Origin: an uncultured Cryomorphaceae bacterium
GTDB lineage: Bacteria; Bacteroidota; Bacteroidia; Flavobacteriales; Schleiferiaceae
Length of the DNA: 64,000 nucleotides
Direction of reading: 5' to 3'
Assembly (NCBI GenBank): GCA_913031435.1
Contig: CAJWFD010000004.1
Span: forward strand, 11,588 to 75,587
Part shown: positions 47,690-57,872 of the stretch, piece by piece
Position numbering within the stretch: the first letter of the stretch is position 1
Layout of the letters: each line of letters begins with the position of its first letter
The notes under the pieces: model-generated
Told to the model about the DNA's origin: nothing
The model's input: the letters and a program-made list of their open reading frames with translations, nothing else
The model's database searches: none
Translations under genes and position numbers: made by a program

Positions 47690-49783
47690 TTATGAAATTC
47701 TGTTCCAACCCCACTGGTGTTTGTAGAGGCGAATCCAATGTTCTTTGATAGAACAGTGATTGGGTGTATTTAGTTGTGGATCATCCATCAATAATTGTTC
47801 CACAACTTCTCTTGTCCAATTTAAGATATCTCCATCTTGAACTAATGATGCCAGCTTGAATTCGAGTTGACCACTCTGTCGAGTGCCCATCATATCTCCA
47901 GGCCCTCTAAGCTTCATATCTACTTCAGCTATTTCGAAGCCATCCTGGGTACGCACCATGGTTTCGAGTCTGGTTTTTGCGTCACTCGATAGCTTAAACG
48001 AAGAGACTAAAACGCAAAAGCTATTTTCACTACCTCTTCCAACTCGTCCACGAAGCTGGTGGAGTTGACTGAGCCCAAACCGCTCCGCATTCTCAATAAC
48101 CATTACAGAGGCATTAGGGATGTTAACACCCACCTCAATAACTGTAGTGGCTACCATAATTTGTGCTTTACCCGCGGCAAACCGTTGCATTTCACCCTGT
48201 TTGTCCTCCGCTTTCATCCTACCATGAACCGCCGCTATTTGATAGGTGGGCCTTGGGAAATCGCGAAGCAGCTGCTCATAGCCCTCACTTAGGTTTTTTA
48301 AGTCTAAGGTTTCGCTTTCCTCGATGAGTGGAAAAACAATATATATTTGCCGACCCTTTTCTATTTCACGCTGCATGAACCCATTAAGTTTTAATCGATT
48401 CTTATCGAACAAATGCATCGTTTGGATTGGTTTTCTACCTGGTGGAAGCTCATCTATAACGCTAATATCCAAGTCGCCATATAGACTCATGGCAAGCGTT
48501 CTTGGAATGGGTGTTGCAGTCATTACGAGAACGTGCGGAGGGTTTTCGTTTTTCTTCCAAAGCTTAGCACGCTGAGCAACTCCAAACCTATGTTGTTCAT
48601 CAATCACAGCAAGCCCAAGATTGGCAAATTTGACGGTTGGCTCAATCAAAGCATGGGTACCAATTAATATTTGGAGTGATCCATCTTGCAACCTCTGGTG
48701 AATGACCGCTCTATTGGCCGCATTAGTGGATCCTGTAAGTAGCGCTATGTGTATACCTGCAGGTTCGCAAAGTTCGTTAAGACTATGATAATGTTGTGTG
48801 GCTAGTATTTCTGTTGGCGCCATTAATGTCGCTTGAAAGCCGTTGTCAATGGCCAATAGCATGGCAAGTAGGGCAACAATTGTTTTGCCGGACCCAACAT
48901 CACCTTGCACTAATCTGTTCATTTGTGCACCCGTGCGCACATCCATTCTGACTTCTTTGACAACTCTTTTCTGTGCACCAGTCAATTCAAACGGGAGGTG
49001 ATTTTTATAAAAGTTGAGAAAGGAGTCTCCCACTTCCTTAAATTTATAGCCCTTAATGGAAGACTTGTTGCGCATTTTGTTGCGCTGCTGCGTCAATTGT
49101 AAAAAAAAGAATTCTTCAAATTTAATTCGATTTCTTGCTGCGTCTAAGTGCTTTCGGGACAAAGGAAAGTGAATCCACTCTAGTGCTTGAGCTTTTGAAA
49201 TTAGCTTATGCACTCCTCTAAAAGACGCTGAAAAAGGTTCTTCTAGAGTGTCTAATTCAGCGGTTAAAACGGATCTCATAATCTTCGCAAGGCCTTTGGA
49301 ATTGAGTCCCTTTCTCGTTAGTTTATCTGTAGTGGAATACACAGGTTCGAGCGCAGAGGATACTTCATTCGATAAGGGGGCTGAGATTTCAGGATGAGGA
49401 ATGCTTTTTTTACCGTTAAACACATTCAGTTTACCATAGATGACTATCGGCGTTTGCAGCTTGAGTGACTTTTTTACCCACTTTGCGCCTTTGAACCACA
49501 CCAATTCGATAAAACCTGTTCCATCTGAAAAAGTAGCTACAAGTCTTTTTTGGCGAGGGGATCCCAATTCCTCTACCTTCGTAATCTGACCTTTTATCTG
49601 CACCTCATTCGATTGATTTGTGAGCTGTGCAATAGATAGGTATTGGGTTTTATCTACATATCTAAAGGGGTAATGCTCAAGAAATTGATGGGTAGTTCGG
49701 ATGCTAAATTCCTCCGCTAGAGCTGCTGCTCTGTCGGGACCCACGCCTGAGGCGTATACTATAGGATGTTGGGTGATGCTCAT
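47690..49783 (-). CDS. recG: ATP-dependent DNA helicase RecG
   Basis: I trimmed the track ORF (to 49834) to the ATG at 49783 (MSITQHPIVYASGVG..., 697 aa). It has the wedge domain, Walker A GDVGSGKT, DEQHRFG, and QLRGRVGRG. Confidence 0.95.
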   Translation of the reverse strand: MSITQHPIVYASGVGPDRAAALAEEFSIRTTHQFLEHYPFRYVDKTQYLSIAQLTNQSNEVQIKGQITKVEELGSPRQKRLVATFSDGTGFIELVWFKGAKWVKKSLKLQTPIVIYGKLNVFNGKKSIPHPEISAPLSNEVSSALEPVYSTTDKLTRKGLNSKGLAKIMRSVLTAELDTLEEPFSASFRGVHKLISKAQALEWIHFPLSRKHLDAARNRIKFEEFFFLQLTQQRNKMRNKSSIKGYKFKEVGDSFLNFYKNHLPFELTGAQKRVVKEVRMDVRTGAQMNRLVQGDVGSGKTIVALLAMLLAIDNGFQATLMAPTEILATQHYHSLNELCEPAGIHIALLTGSTNAANRAVIHQRLQDGSLQILIGTHALIEPTVKFANLGLAVIDEQHRFGVAQRAKLWKKNENPPHVLVMTATPIPRTLAMSLYGDLDISVIDELPPGRKPIQTMHLFDKNRLKLNGFMQREIEKGRQIYIVFPLIEESETLDLKNLSEGYEQLLRDFPRPTYQIAAVHGRMKAEDKQGEMQRFAAGKAQIMVATTVIEVGVNIPNASVMVIENAERFGLSQLHQLRGRVGRGSENSFCVLVSSFKLSSDAKTRLETMVRTQDGFEIAEVDMKLRGPGDMMGTRQSGQLEFKLASLVQDGDILNWTREVVEQLLMDDPQLNTPNHCSIKEHWIRLYKHQWGWNRIS

Positions 49784-49817
49784 CGTTGTAAAAGTAAGTA
49801 TCTTTTGGGCTGTAAAA

Positions 49818-51128
49818 ATGCAAAACCAAAGCACAAATATTTATCGATTAACAACCCTGCTATTCGACGGGTTACTTCTCATGGCTTTATTTATAGCTGT
49901 GGGATTTTGGCGTTTTGAAGATTTAAGGATAAGTAACCCCGAGTACTACAACTATTATTTGCAATTGTTAGTGCTCACTGTCGTTTCCTGGTACTCTGCC
50001 GGCCGATGGGCAGGTTTCTTTAGCTACACAAGTGGTCTAGAGCAAAGAAATGTTACTGCTAATTTATTGCGCGGTGCAGTAGCACAATTGGCCATTTTAG
50101 CTATTGTTGTTGTGGGTTTGAAAGGATATTATTACAGTCGAGTATTCTTGGTGACCTATTTTGTTTCGTTGTATTCGATTGCCCTGCTATATAGACTTTT
50201 GTTGGTTCACTTTTTACGTGTTCAAATGGCCAAGGGTAAATGGCAAAGGCGATACCTACTTTCTGGGCAGCACGCTACGTCTGATGCGTTAAGAAGTTTG
50301 ACAGAATTACGCCCTGAATTAGGATGGAAATATGATGGACCGCTAGAGGACGCGACCCTGGATGGCGTGTATGAGGTTATTTGTGCACATGCTCCAGGGA
50401 CAGAAGGCTATGACAGCGCCAATCGTCTTGCATTGGAATATGGGATGAGATTTAGATTCCTACCTGATTTAGGACCTCAATATGCGGGTCAAATGTTTTT
50501 AGAGTCACTCGAAGGAATTCCAATGTTCTCTCAACGTCAAGAGCCCTTAGCAAATTGGGCCAATGCATGGTTGAAGAGGGTGTTTGATTTAGTGCTCTCG
50601 CTTCTTGTAATGGTCTCTCTACTGAGTTGGTTATTTCCGTTGCTAGGTATGTTGCTCTTGCTTTCTGGAGCAGGCAACCCTTGGTTTATCCAAGAGCGTG
50701 AAGGATTGCAGGGAAGACCATTTAAGGTCTTAAAATTTAAGACCATGAACACAGCAGGTAAAAGTAATGCGCTACAGTCTTGGATGCGAAAAACAGGTGT
50801 TGATGAAATCCCACAGTTGCTCAATGTCCTCTTGGGACAGATGTCGTTGGTAGGTCCACGTCCTCACACAAGTGGCGATGGCGTTGCCTATTCTAAACTG
50901 GTGCAAAGCTATAGGGTTCGGTATTGGACGAAGCCGGGATTAACTGGTCTTGCCCAGACCAGAGGATTAAGAGGGGGAGGGGTTTCCGCTCGCAAAGAAC
51001 TTTTAGAAATGCGCATCCGCGCCGATGTATATTATATTGAAAATTGGTCCTTATTATTAGACCTTCGAATCTTAATTGAAACGGTACTTAGAACTCTTTT
51101 CGCTCCCGCTTCTCTTCACGCTAAATAA
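49818..51128 (+). CDS. Polyprenyl-phosphate sugar-phosphate transferase (bacterial sugar transferase, WbaP/EpsB-like)
   Basis: I trimmed the track ORF (from 49701) to the ATG at 49818 (436 aa). It has N-terminal TM helices and the C-terminal catalytic domain motifs KRVFDLVLS, FKVLKFKTM and SLVGPRPH. Confidence 0.85.
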   Translation: MQNQSTNIYRLTTLLFDGLLLMALFIAVGFWRFEDLRISNPEYYNYYLQLLVLTVVSWYSAGRWAGFFSYTSGLEQRNVTANLLRGAVAQLAILAIVVVGLKGYYYSRVFLVTYFVSLYSIALLYRLLLVHFLRVQMAKGKWQRRYLLSGQHATSDALRSLTELRPELGWKYDGPLEDATLDGVYEVICAHAPGTEGYDSANRLALEYGMRFRFLPDLGPQYAGQMFLESLEGIPMFSQRQEPLANWANAWLKRVFDLVLSLLVMVSLLSWLFPLLGMLLLLSGAGNPWFIQEREGLQGRPFKVLKFKTMNTAGKSNALQSWMRKTGVDEIPQLLNVLLGQMSLVGPRPHTSGDGVAYSKLVQSYRVRYWTKPGLTGLAQTRGLRGGGVSARKELLEMRIRADVYYIENWSLLLDLRILIETVLRTLFAPASLHAK

Positions 51129-51132
51129 AACC

Positions 51133-52380
51133 ATGTTCATGAAATACCCTTTGTTACTTGAGAGATTCAAGCAGTATGTTCAGATAGATACTCAAAGTGA
51201 CCCACATTCAACTTCTGTCCCTTCTACGCAAAAGCAGATGAACCTCGGAAGACTATTGGTGTCTCAGCTGTTAGAAATGGGATTGGGTGATGCCCATATG
51301 GATCCCCAGGGATATGTGTACGCTACGGTTCCAGCTGCACCGGGATATGAGTCTGCACCAGCAGTTTGTTTTTGTGCACATATGGATACGTCTCCAGAAT
51401 ACTCTGGCGCTGGTGTAGTACCTATGCTTCACGAGCAATACGATGGAGGCGACATCGCTCTTCCTGAGGGGGACGTGATTATAAGTCCAAAGGATTTTGG
51501 CCCACTGAAGGAAATGACAGGACACACGATCATTACTTCCGATGGATCTACTTTGTTGGGTGCAGATAACAAGGCAGGTGTTGCAGAAATAATGACTGCA
51601 GCGCACCTTCTCATGAGCTCAGAAGCGCCACGTGCTGCGATGAAAATATTGTTCACTCCTGATGAAGAAATTGGTAGAGGAGCAGACCATGTTGATTTAA
51701 AAAAATTAGATGCTGATTTTGGATACACCATGGACGGCGCCACAAAAGGGTCTATAGAGGACGAAACGTTTTCAGCGGATGGTGCGGTGGTTACTTTTCG
51801 TGGTTCGAATACACATCCTGGATATGGGAACAAAAAAATGGCAAATGCGCTAAAAGCGGCAGGTGTATTTCTATCGTCCCTGCCAAGACAAGAATGGGCG
51901 CCAGAGTCTACGAAGGGTGACGAAGGATTTGTACATCCATATGAGATATCAGGTGGCGTCGAAGAGGTACACATCACCATGCTTCTGCGGTCTTTTGATA
52001 CTGATGAATTGTCAGACTATGCAGCTCTTTTGGGTGCGTTAGCCAAACAGGCAACAAAGGCGGTTAAAAGAACATCATATTCAATTACTATAAACGAGCA
52101 GTATCGCAATATGAAGCAGGTTTTAGACCAGCGTCCAGAGGTTGTGGAGTATGCTGAAAAGGCGATTGAAGCGGTTGGATTACCTATACGTAAGTCAAAA
52201 ATCAGAGGGGGCACTGATGGTTCTAAGCTAAGTTTCATGGGGTTGCCATGCCCAAATATTTTTGCTGGAGAGCATGCTTTTCATAGCCCTTATGAATTTG
52301 TATCTCTCCAAGATATGGAGAGTGCAACAGAAGTGATCGTTAAGTTGCTTGAGATTGTAGCGATAGAGCATTCGAAATAA
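51133..52380 (+). CDS. pepT: Peptidase T (tripeptide aminopeptidase, M20B)
   Basis: I trimmed the track ORF (from 51076) to the ATG at 51133 (415 aa). It has LLERFKQYVQIDTQSD, CAHMDTSPE, GADNKAGVAEI and FTPDEEIG. Confidence 0.9.
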   Translation: MFMKYPLLLERFKQYVQIDTQSDPHSTSVPSTQKQMNLGRLLVSQLLEMGLGDAHMDPQGYVYATVPAAPGYESAPAVCFCAHMDTSPEYSGAGVVPMLHEQYDGGDIALPEGDVIISPKDFGPLKEMTGHTIITSDGSTLLGADNKAGVAEIMTAAHLLMSSEAPRAAMKILFTPDEEIGRGADHVDLKKLDADFGYTMDGATKGSIEDETFSADGAVVTFRGSNTHPGYGNKKMANALKAAGVFLSSLPRQEWAPESTKGDEGFVHPYEISGGVEEVHITMLLRSFDTDELSDYAALLGALAKQATKAVKRTSYSITINEQYRNMKQVLDQRPEVVEYAEKAIEAVGLPIRKSKIRGGTDGSKLSFMGLPCPNIFAGEHAFHSPYEFVSLQDMESATEVIVKLLEIVAIEHSK

Positions 52381-52400
52381 CCAAGAATCAAATGTACAAA

Positions 52401-52437
52401 CGCACAGAGGCCCGGGAATTAGCCGGGCCTCTGTGCG
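52401..52437. terminator. Perfect 15-bp GC-rich hairpin between convergent pepT and the nuclease gene (no U-tract on either side)
   Basis: cgcacagaggcccgg (52401..52415) pairs perfectly with ccgggcctctgtgcg (52423..52437) around loop gaattag. Confidence 0.5.
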
Positions 52438-52461
52438 TCAATTCATGTGTAAATATTGAAT

Positions 52462-53232
52462 TTACCGAGCTGCGTAGGCTTTATTTAAAGCGTCTGCTAG
52501 CCTCACCCCAGCTTGCGCTAAACGTAAATGCAGTAATTCAGTATGGTCATAAATGTACCGGTATCCCATTCTTTCCGGGTCCCCTGTGTTGTAACATTCT
52601 TCGCGGTAAATCACGCTTTCTCGAACCCAATCGTGTACGCTAGTATTCTTCCAGCTTACTATGTTTTCACTAGTCCTAGTTGACATAATCCAGCTTGAAT
52701 ATTCGGTATAGCTCATTTTCCAGTGATCAATCATTCCGCTATCCCAAACTCTATGAAGATTGGATTTCCCCCTGAAGAACGTGACCTTAACATCATTTGC
52801 TCCTTTGTCTTTGCCATTTCCGCAGTGTAAAGGTTGGTGTACATCTCCAATCAGGTGTGCCAATGCTTTCAGCGCAAAGGCTTCGTCTACACTGTATTGT
52901 TGGGTTTCTATTTCGTGCAATAACTTTACTATCGCCATCCAAACATCTCCTTGCTCCGGGTGCTGGTGACCATCTATGTCATCCAAGGAGGGTATGGTAC
53001 AATAGTGCCATGCTTTGAGTGTATCATAGTCGCGGTCACTTTTGATAAAATCCATCCAATTTGCAACCATAGCGAGGTCTTCACCTCCAAGTACATCGAT
53101 AATGTGCGCACGCACTTTGTTGTTTAAATGGTCCATAGCAATATGCCCGACAATTCGGTGACCAGTAAGCCCCCAGCCGAAGGCAGATGCGCTTGTGCAA
53201 AGAACTAAAAGTAAAGTGGTGATTCTATTCAT
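52462..53232 (-). CDS. S1/P1-family secreted nuclease
   Basis: 256 aa. The signal peptide is followed by the mature N-terminal WGLTGHRIVG. The blocks HLIGDVHQPLH and NLHRVWD are S1/P1 zinc-ligand signatures. Confidence 0.9.
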   Translation of the reverse strand: MNRITTLLLVLCTSASAFGWGLTGHRIVGHIAMDHLNNKVRAHIIDVLGGEDLAMVANWMDFIKSDRDYDTLKAWHYCTIPSLDDIDGHQHPEQGDVWMAIVKLLHEIETQQYSVDEAFALKALAHLIGDVHQPLHCGNGKDKGANDVKVTFFRGKSNLHRVWDSGMIDHWKMSYTEYSSWIMSTRTSENIVSWKNTSVHDWVRESVIYREECYNTGDPERMGYRYIYDHTELLHLRLAQAGVRLADALNKAYAAR

Positions 53233-53234
53233 GT

Positions 53235-54482
53235 TTATAAAGCTGATGATGGTTTTAAATATCCTATGATTCTATCGTAACGCAATCCCATTCCTTGGTT
53301 GTACATGATGAGCGTGTAATCGTTTCTGGTCTGCCAGTGCGTGCCCTCTGTCAATTCAGTACCCACACTTCCGTCTGTAGTAGGATGTGCAAATACATAG
53401 TTGTAATAACCTTGTTTAAGAAGAACACGTTTGGAATAGGCACCTCGGCTTTCGTTGTATGCCAATTCGAACTCATTCGTCAGCCGCCAGTCGCTTAATT
53501 GCCCAAACACAAAAACAGGAACATCTAGTTTTGGACTTTTAAAGTAAAATTCAACCCAGCAATAGTCTCCAGCTAAATCTGGATTACCAACATCGGCACG
53601 TTGATAAAATCTTCGTCCATTGATGTCATTTTGAAAGCTGTAGACAGAGATAGATTGGTTTTTAACTTCATTTAGATAAACTTCCCAGCAGGTATCTAGC
53701 CTTGACGTTTTGACGCCCATTCCCACCTGGTTAAGTCTTTTCGTGTCAAATACGTGAAACTCAACTCCGCCGGGGAAAGCCTCTCCACCCATGAAATTGT
53801 ATTCAAGCAGGCCATCATTTATAAAGGCAGGCTTAAGTTCAGTTTTAGCATTGTCCCATCGCCTATTCTGTAGAATACTGAGATCTAAATCGTTGAAGTA
53901 GTCTTGAACGGGATAGCCAGAAAGAGACACTCTTGAGCTTACCTGCTGCTCAGAACTAAAGTTATTCAGATCTACTGCCCGTGATATCTGCACCGCAGGT
54001 ATCACTAAGTTTTCATAAATAATGAATCTGCGACGAAGCACAATGTCGTTTGGATTATCATCTTGATAGATTTCTATAACATAATTACCACTAATTCGTG
54101 GTGTCATGTCAGCATTAGGTATTTTTAAACTGTAATGAGTATAAGGAACAAAAGTCCCGATGCTTATGGCAAAATCATTCATGTAATTACCCTCAAATCC
54201 AGTAAGGTATTGATTAAGTAATAAGTCACTTTTCTCCCAATTTTTAGTGCAATGAAAAATACGATAAGCGTAATTATTCCATTCATACGCTAAATCGTCA
54301 AAGCTCAATTCAAGCCCTTTTTTCGAGCCTAGTTCATACGCGGCAAAGTCAAGAGGCTCGCCAACAGGTGCTATTTGTATGGATTTTATGTAGGAAAACA
54401 CTGTTGTATCGTTCAAATTTTGGCCGAACAAAACCGAGCTAGCAAGTGTTAACGTTAGGATAAGAGACTTTTTGAGAAGCAT
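53235..54482 (-). CDS. Secreted protein, probably DUF5103 / type IX secretion system plug-like
   Basis: I trimmed the track ORF (to 54572) to the ATG at 54482 (MLLKKSLILTLTLASSVLFGQ signal, 415 aa). The blocks LELSFDDL, YRIFHCTKNWEKSDLL..YLTGF and SGNYVIEIY resemble my recollection of the DUF5103 family. Not verified by search. Confidence 0.45.
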   Translation of the reverse strand: MLLKKSLILTLTLASSVLFGQNLNDTTVFSYIKSIQIAPVGEPLDFAAYELGSKKGLELSFDDLAYEWNNYAYRIFHCTKNWEKSDLLLNQYLTGFEGNYMNDFAISIGTFVPYTHYSLKIPNADMTPRISGNYVIEIYQDDNPNDIVLRRRFIIYENLVIPAVQISRAVDLNNFSSEQQVSSRVSLSGYPVQDYFNDLDLSILQNRRWDNAKTELKPAFINDGLLEYNFMGGEAFPGGVEFHVFDTKRLNQVGMGVKTSRLDTCWEVYLNEVKNQSISVYSFQNDINGRRFYQRADVGNPDLAGDYCWVEFYFKSPKLDVPVFVFGQLSDWRLTNEFELAYNESRGAYSKRVLLKQGYYNYVFAHPTTDGSVGTELTEGTHWQTRNDYTLIMYNQGMGLRYDRIIGYLKPSSAL

Positions 54483-54585
54483 GTTGAATAAAAAATGATA
54501 GCTAAGGTACAATTCGTCTTTAATTAACGTGGAAAAAAGAATGTTATACCTTACTTCGCAATCCAAAATCATACTGAAACGTACG

Positions 54586-55935
54586 ATGTCTCAAACCTAT
54601 AAGATTCGCAAGGGTCACAACATTAAGTTGATCGGTGATGCTCCCCAAAAACACCTGGGGGCAGTTGCCAGCTCAACCTATGCAGTGAGTCCCTTAGATT
54701 TTCCGGGAATTACGCCAAAATTGGTCGTGAAAGCCGGAACTCAAGTAAACGCAGGCGATGTTTTGTTTTACGACAAAGACCGCCCCGAAGTATTAATATG
54801 TTCTCCAGTATCAGGTGAGGTTACGGAAATCAAGCGCGGAGCAAAGCGCAAGATTCTTCAAGTAATCATTCTTGCTGACAGTGACACGAAATATGCCGAC
54901 CATGGTTCCTTTGACCTGAAATCGACTAATCGTGAAGCTACAGCCGCTCACTTTGCAAATACAGGAGTAGGTGCATTAATAACCAGCCGACCTTACGGTG
55001 TCGCGGCAAGTATGCATGAACTACCGCGCGATATATTCGTCAATGGTGTTCAAAGCGGTCCTCTTGCTGGCGATTTAGCCTATCAATTGGCAGGTAAAGA
55101 AACTGAAGTTGCAGCGGCAATTGAAGCACTTTCTTTGATGACTGCTGGTAAAGTTTATGTCAGCCAGGATGGGGATGTTCCGCCTTTGGGGCTATTGAGT
55201 CATGAGAAAGCGACTTCAATCCAATTTACGGGTAAACATCCTAAGGGTTTAGTAGGTACCCAAATAGCTCAAGCTGCTCCGATGAATAAAGGAGAAATTG
55301 TTTGGACCGTGAATGCCGTGGATTTACCGGTGATTGGTCACGCTTTTCTTACCGGATCTTATGCGCCAACCTATCGGGTGGCTGTTGCAGGCTCTAGGGC
55401 TAAGAATGCCGGATATGCTACAATGACACAAGGAGTCGGTCTGTCAAGCTTCGTTTCGACGAACATAAACAACGACAATACGCGAATGATTGCGGGAGAC
55501 GTATTGACAGGAACTACTTTAGAAGAAAATGGATTTCTGAGTTTTGGTAAAAGTCAAATCACGGCGATTCCAGAAGGTAATTCCACAGAGTTTTTTGGAT
55601 GGGTTTTGCCTGGTTTCGGTAAATTTTCTACGAACCGTGCTTTTTGGTCTTGGTTATTCCCTAACAGAAAGTATGATTTAGATACAAATATTCACGGGGA
55701 AGAGCGAGCCTTTGTTGTTACAGGGGAGTATGATAAATTTATTCCCATGGATATTTTTCCACAGCAGTTGCTACGTTGCATATTAATAGGGGATGTAGAG
55801 AAAATGGAGCAATTAGGGATTTATGAGGTATTGCCTGAAGACTTTGCCCTTGCTGAGGTCGCTTGTACTTCTAAGCTGCCTTTACAACAAATCGTACGAG
55901 ACGGTTTGATGGACCTCCGAAAAGAAATGATGTAA
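54586..55935 (+). CDS. nqrA: Na+-translocating NADH:quinone oxidoreductase subunit A
   Basis: I trimmed the track ORF (from 54529) to the ATG at 54586 (MSQTYKIRKGHNIKL..., 449 aa). It is the first gene of the nqrA-F operon. Confidence 0.9.
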   Translation: MSQTYKIRKGHNIKLIGDAPQKHLGAVASSTYAVSPLDFPGITPKLVVKAGTQVNAGDVLFYDKDRPEVLICSPVSGEVTEIKRGAKRKILQVIILADSDTKYADHGSFDLKSTNREATAAHFANTGVGALITSRPYGVAASMHELPRDIFVNGVQSGPLAGDLAYQLAGKETEVAAAIEALSLMTAGKVYVSQDGDVPPLGLLSHEKATSIQFTGKHPKGLVGTQIAQAAPMNKGEIVWTVNAVDLPVIGHAFLTGSYAPTYRVAVAGSRAKNAGYATMTQGVGLSSFVSTNINNDNTRMIAGDVLTGTTLEENGFLSFGKSQITAIPEGNSTEFFGWVLPGFGKFSTNRAFWSWLFPNRKYDLDTNIHGEERAFVVTGEYDKFIPMDIFPQQLLRCILIGDVEKMEQLGIYEVLPEDFALAEVACTSKLPLQQIVRDGLMDLRKEMM

Positions 55936-55947
55936 GACGTTTTTATT

Positions 55948-57159
55948 ATGAAATTTGTACAAAACATATTCGATAAGACCAGACCGCTCGTTGAGAAAGA
56001 GGGTAAGAGAAACATTTTGTATCCATTGCACAATGCAATTGAGACCATGGCTTTCGTTCCTGACCATACAACCCACTCTGGTGCACACGTACGTGACGCG
56101 ATTGATTTAAAGCGCACGATGATCACTGTAATCTTTGCAATGGTTCCTGCCTTACTTTTTGGTATGTGGAATATTGGGCGCCTTCATTATGGTGCTTTTG
56201 GAGAAGAAAGTACATGGTTGGATAACTTCCTTTTTGGTGCGCTGAAAATGTTGCCGTTAATCACGGTAACCTATGCTGCTGGTTTGGGAGTTGAAATATT
56301 TTTCGCGTGGAAACGTAACCATGCCGTTAATGAGGGATTTCTCGTAAGTGGTTTGCTTATTCCAATGATCATGCCTGTAGACATACCACTCTGGATGGTA
56401 GCAGTGAGTACTATTTTTGCTGTACTGATTGGGAAAGAAGTTTTTGGAGGTACTGGTATGAATCTTTTGAATCCGGCACTAACCGCTCGCGCCTTTGCAT
56501 TCTTCGCCTACCCAACATGGATGTCAGGTGATCAAATTTGGATCAACACTAACGGTGAAGAGGGCGCTCAACTAGTAGATGGATACTCAGGCGCAACAGC
56601 TATGGGAGAGTTAGCAACTACGGTTGGACAAGGCCTTAATAATCCTGCGACAGAAACGGTAATGGCCCAGTTTGGTTCAGGGGGAACCTATTCAATGATG
56701 AATACCTTCCTTGGTCTGATTCCTGGTTCTATCGGAGAAACCTCTGCTTTATTGATTCTTCTTGGAGGATTATTCTTAGTCTTCAAAGGGGTAGGGTCAT
56801 GGAAAATAATGCTAAGCTTCCTTGTCGGTGGATTAGCGATGGCAACCATATTTAATGCATTCGCGGTGAATGAATTCATGGGACTTAATCCTATCCATCA
56901 ATTATTGATTGGAGGATTTATGTTTGGAATGGTTTTCATGGCTACTGATCCTGTAAGTGGCTCACAGACAGAAACAGGAAAGTACATTTATGGTTTCCTT
57001 GCTGGATTCTTTGGAATTATGATCCGTGTATTTAACCCTGCCTATCCAGAGGGCATAATGCTTGCTATACTATTTATGAATGTTATGGCACCATTAATTG
57101 ATCACTACGTTGTAGAATCAAACATAAAACGTCGTTCAAAACGTCTTGCTAACGCCTAA
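55948..57159 (+). CDS. nqrB: Na+-NQR subunit B
   Basis: 403 aa, polytopic. It has the FMN-attachment context GYSGATAMG and the C-terminal ATDPVS. Confidence 0.95.
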   Translation: MKFVQNIFDKTRPLVEKEGKRNILYPLHNAIETMAFVPDHTTHSGAHVRDAIDLKRTMITVIFAMVPALLFGMWNIGRLHYGAFGEESTWLDNFLFGALKMLPLITVTYAAGLGVEIFFAWKRNHAVNEGFLVSGLLIPMIMPVDIPLWMVAVSTIFAVLIGKEVFGGTGMNLLNPALTARAFAFFAYPTWMSGDQIWINTNGEEGAQLVDGYSGATAMGELATTVGQGLNNPATETVMAQFGSGGTYSMMNTFLGLIPGSIGETSALLILLGGLFLVFKGVGSWKIMLSFLVGGLAMATIFNAFAVNEFMGLNPIHQLLIGGFMFGMVFMATDPVSGSQTETGKYIYGFLAGFFGIMIRVFNPAYPEGIMLAILFMNVMAPLIDHYVVESNIKRRSKRLANA

Positions 57160-57170
57160 ACCATAGAGTC

Positions 57171-57872
57171 ATGAATGTTAATAGTAACACATATACGTAC
57201 ACATTTGCTACCGTCATGGTGGTAATTGTAGCTGTATTGCTCTCTGGGACCTCTCTGGGCTTAAAGAGCAGGCAATCAGCAAATATTACACAAGAGAAGA
57301 AACAAAGCATCCTTGCGTCCATAGGTATAGAGAAAAATCGCGCTGAGTCCGACCTGATCTTTACAGAGTATGTAAAGCAGAGTTTAACATTGAGCGGAGG
57401 TCAGGTTGTCTCTGAAGATGCTTCTGCTGCTTTCGATATTGATATGGCAAGTGCTGTTAAATCGGATAACATGGAGCGCTCAGTTCCTTTGTATGTTACT
57501 GAAAAAGATGGAGAGACTTTCTATGTAGTCCCACTAAGAGGCAAAGGTCTTTGGGGCCCTGTTTGGGGATACATTGCGCTCGAGTCAGATGGTAATACAG
57601 TTGTGGGTGCCACTTTTGGCCATAAGAGTGAGACCCCAGGATTAGGTGCTGAAATAACCACTCCTATATTCACCGATCAGTTCCCAGGAAAGAAGATATC
57701 TGAAGAGGGAGTATTCCAATCCATCTCGGTAGTTAAAGCAGGTACATCTGCAGGAAATTATATGGTAGACGGCATATCAGGCGGTACGATTACATCTAAT
57801 GGTGTAAACGACATGCTGATAGATTGTTTGGCTCCTTATGCGGCATACTTTAAAAACATTGAACGTTCATGA
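57171..57872 (+). CDS. nqrC: Na+-NQR subunit C
   Basis: 233 aa with a single N-terminal TM helix, the FMN-attachment context ISGGTITS, and [13 protein letters not shown]. Confidence 0.9.
   Translation: MNVNSNTYTYTFATVMVVIVAVLLSGTSLGLKSRQSANITQEKKQSILASIGIEKNRAESDLIFTEYVKQSLTLSGGQVVSEDASAAFDIDMASAVKSDNMERSVPLYVTEKDGETFYVVPLRGKGLWGPVWGYIALESDGNTVVGATFGHKSETPGLGAEITTPIFTDQFPGKKISEEGVFQSISVVKAGTSAGNYMVDGISGGTITSNGVNDMLIDCLAPYAAYFKNIERS

Noticed and set aside
51429-51980. 183-aa minus-strand ORF, with 51271..51606 and 52017..52238, antisense to pepT
   Set aside because: pepT has strong family motifs on the plus strand. The antisense ORFs are Ser/Pro/Ala-rich, which is typical of shadow frames.
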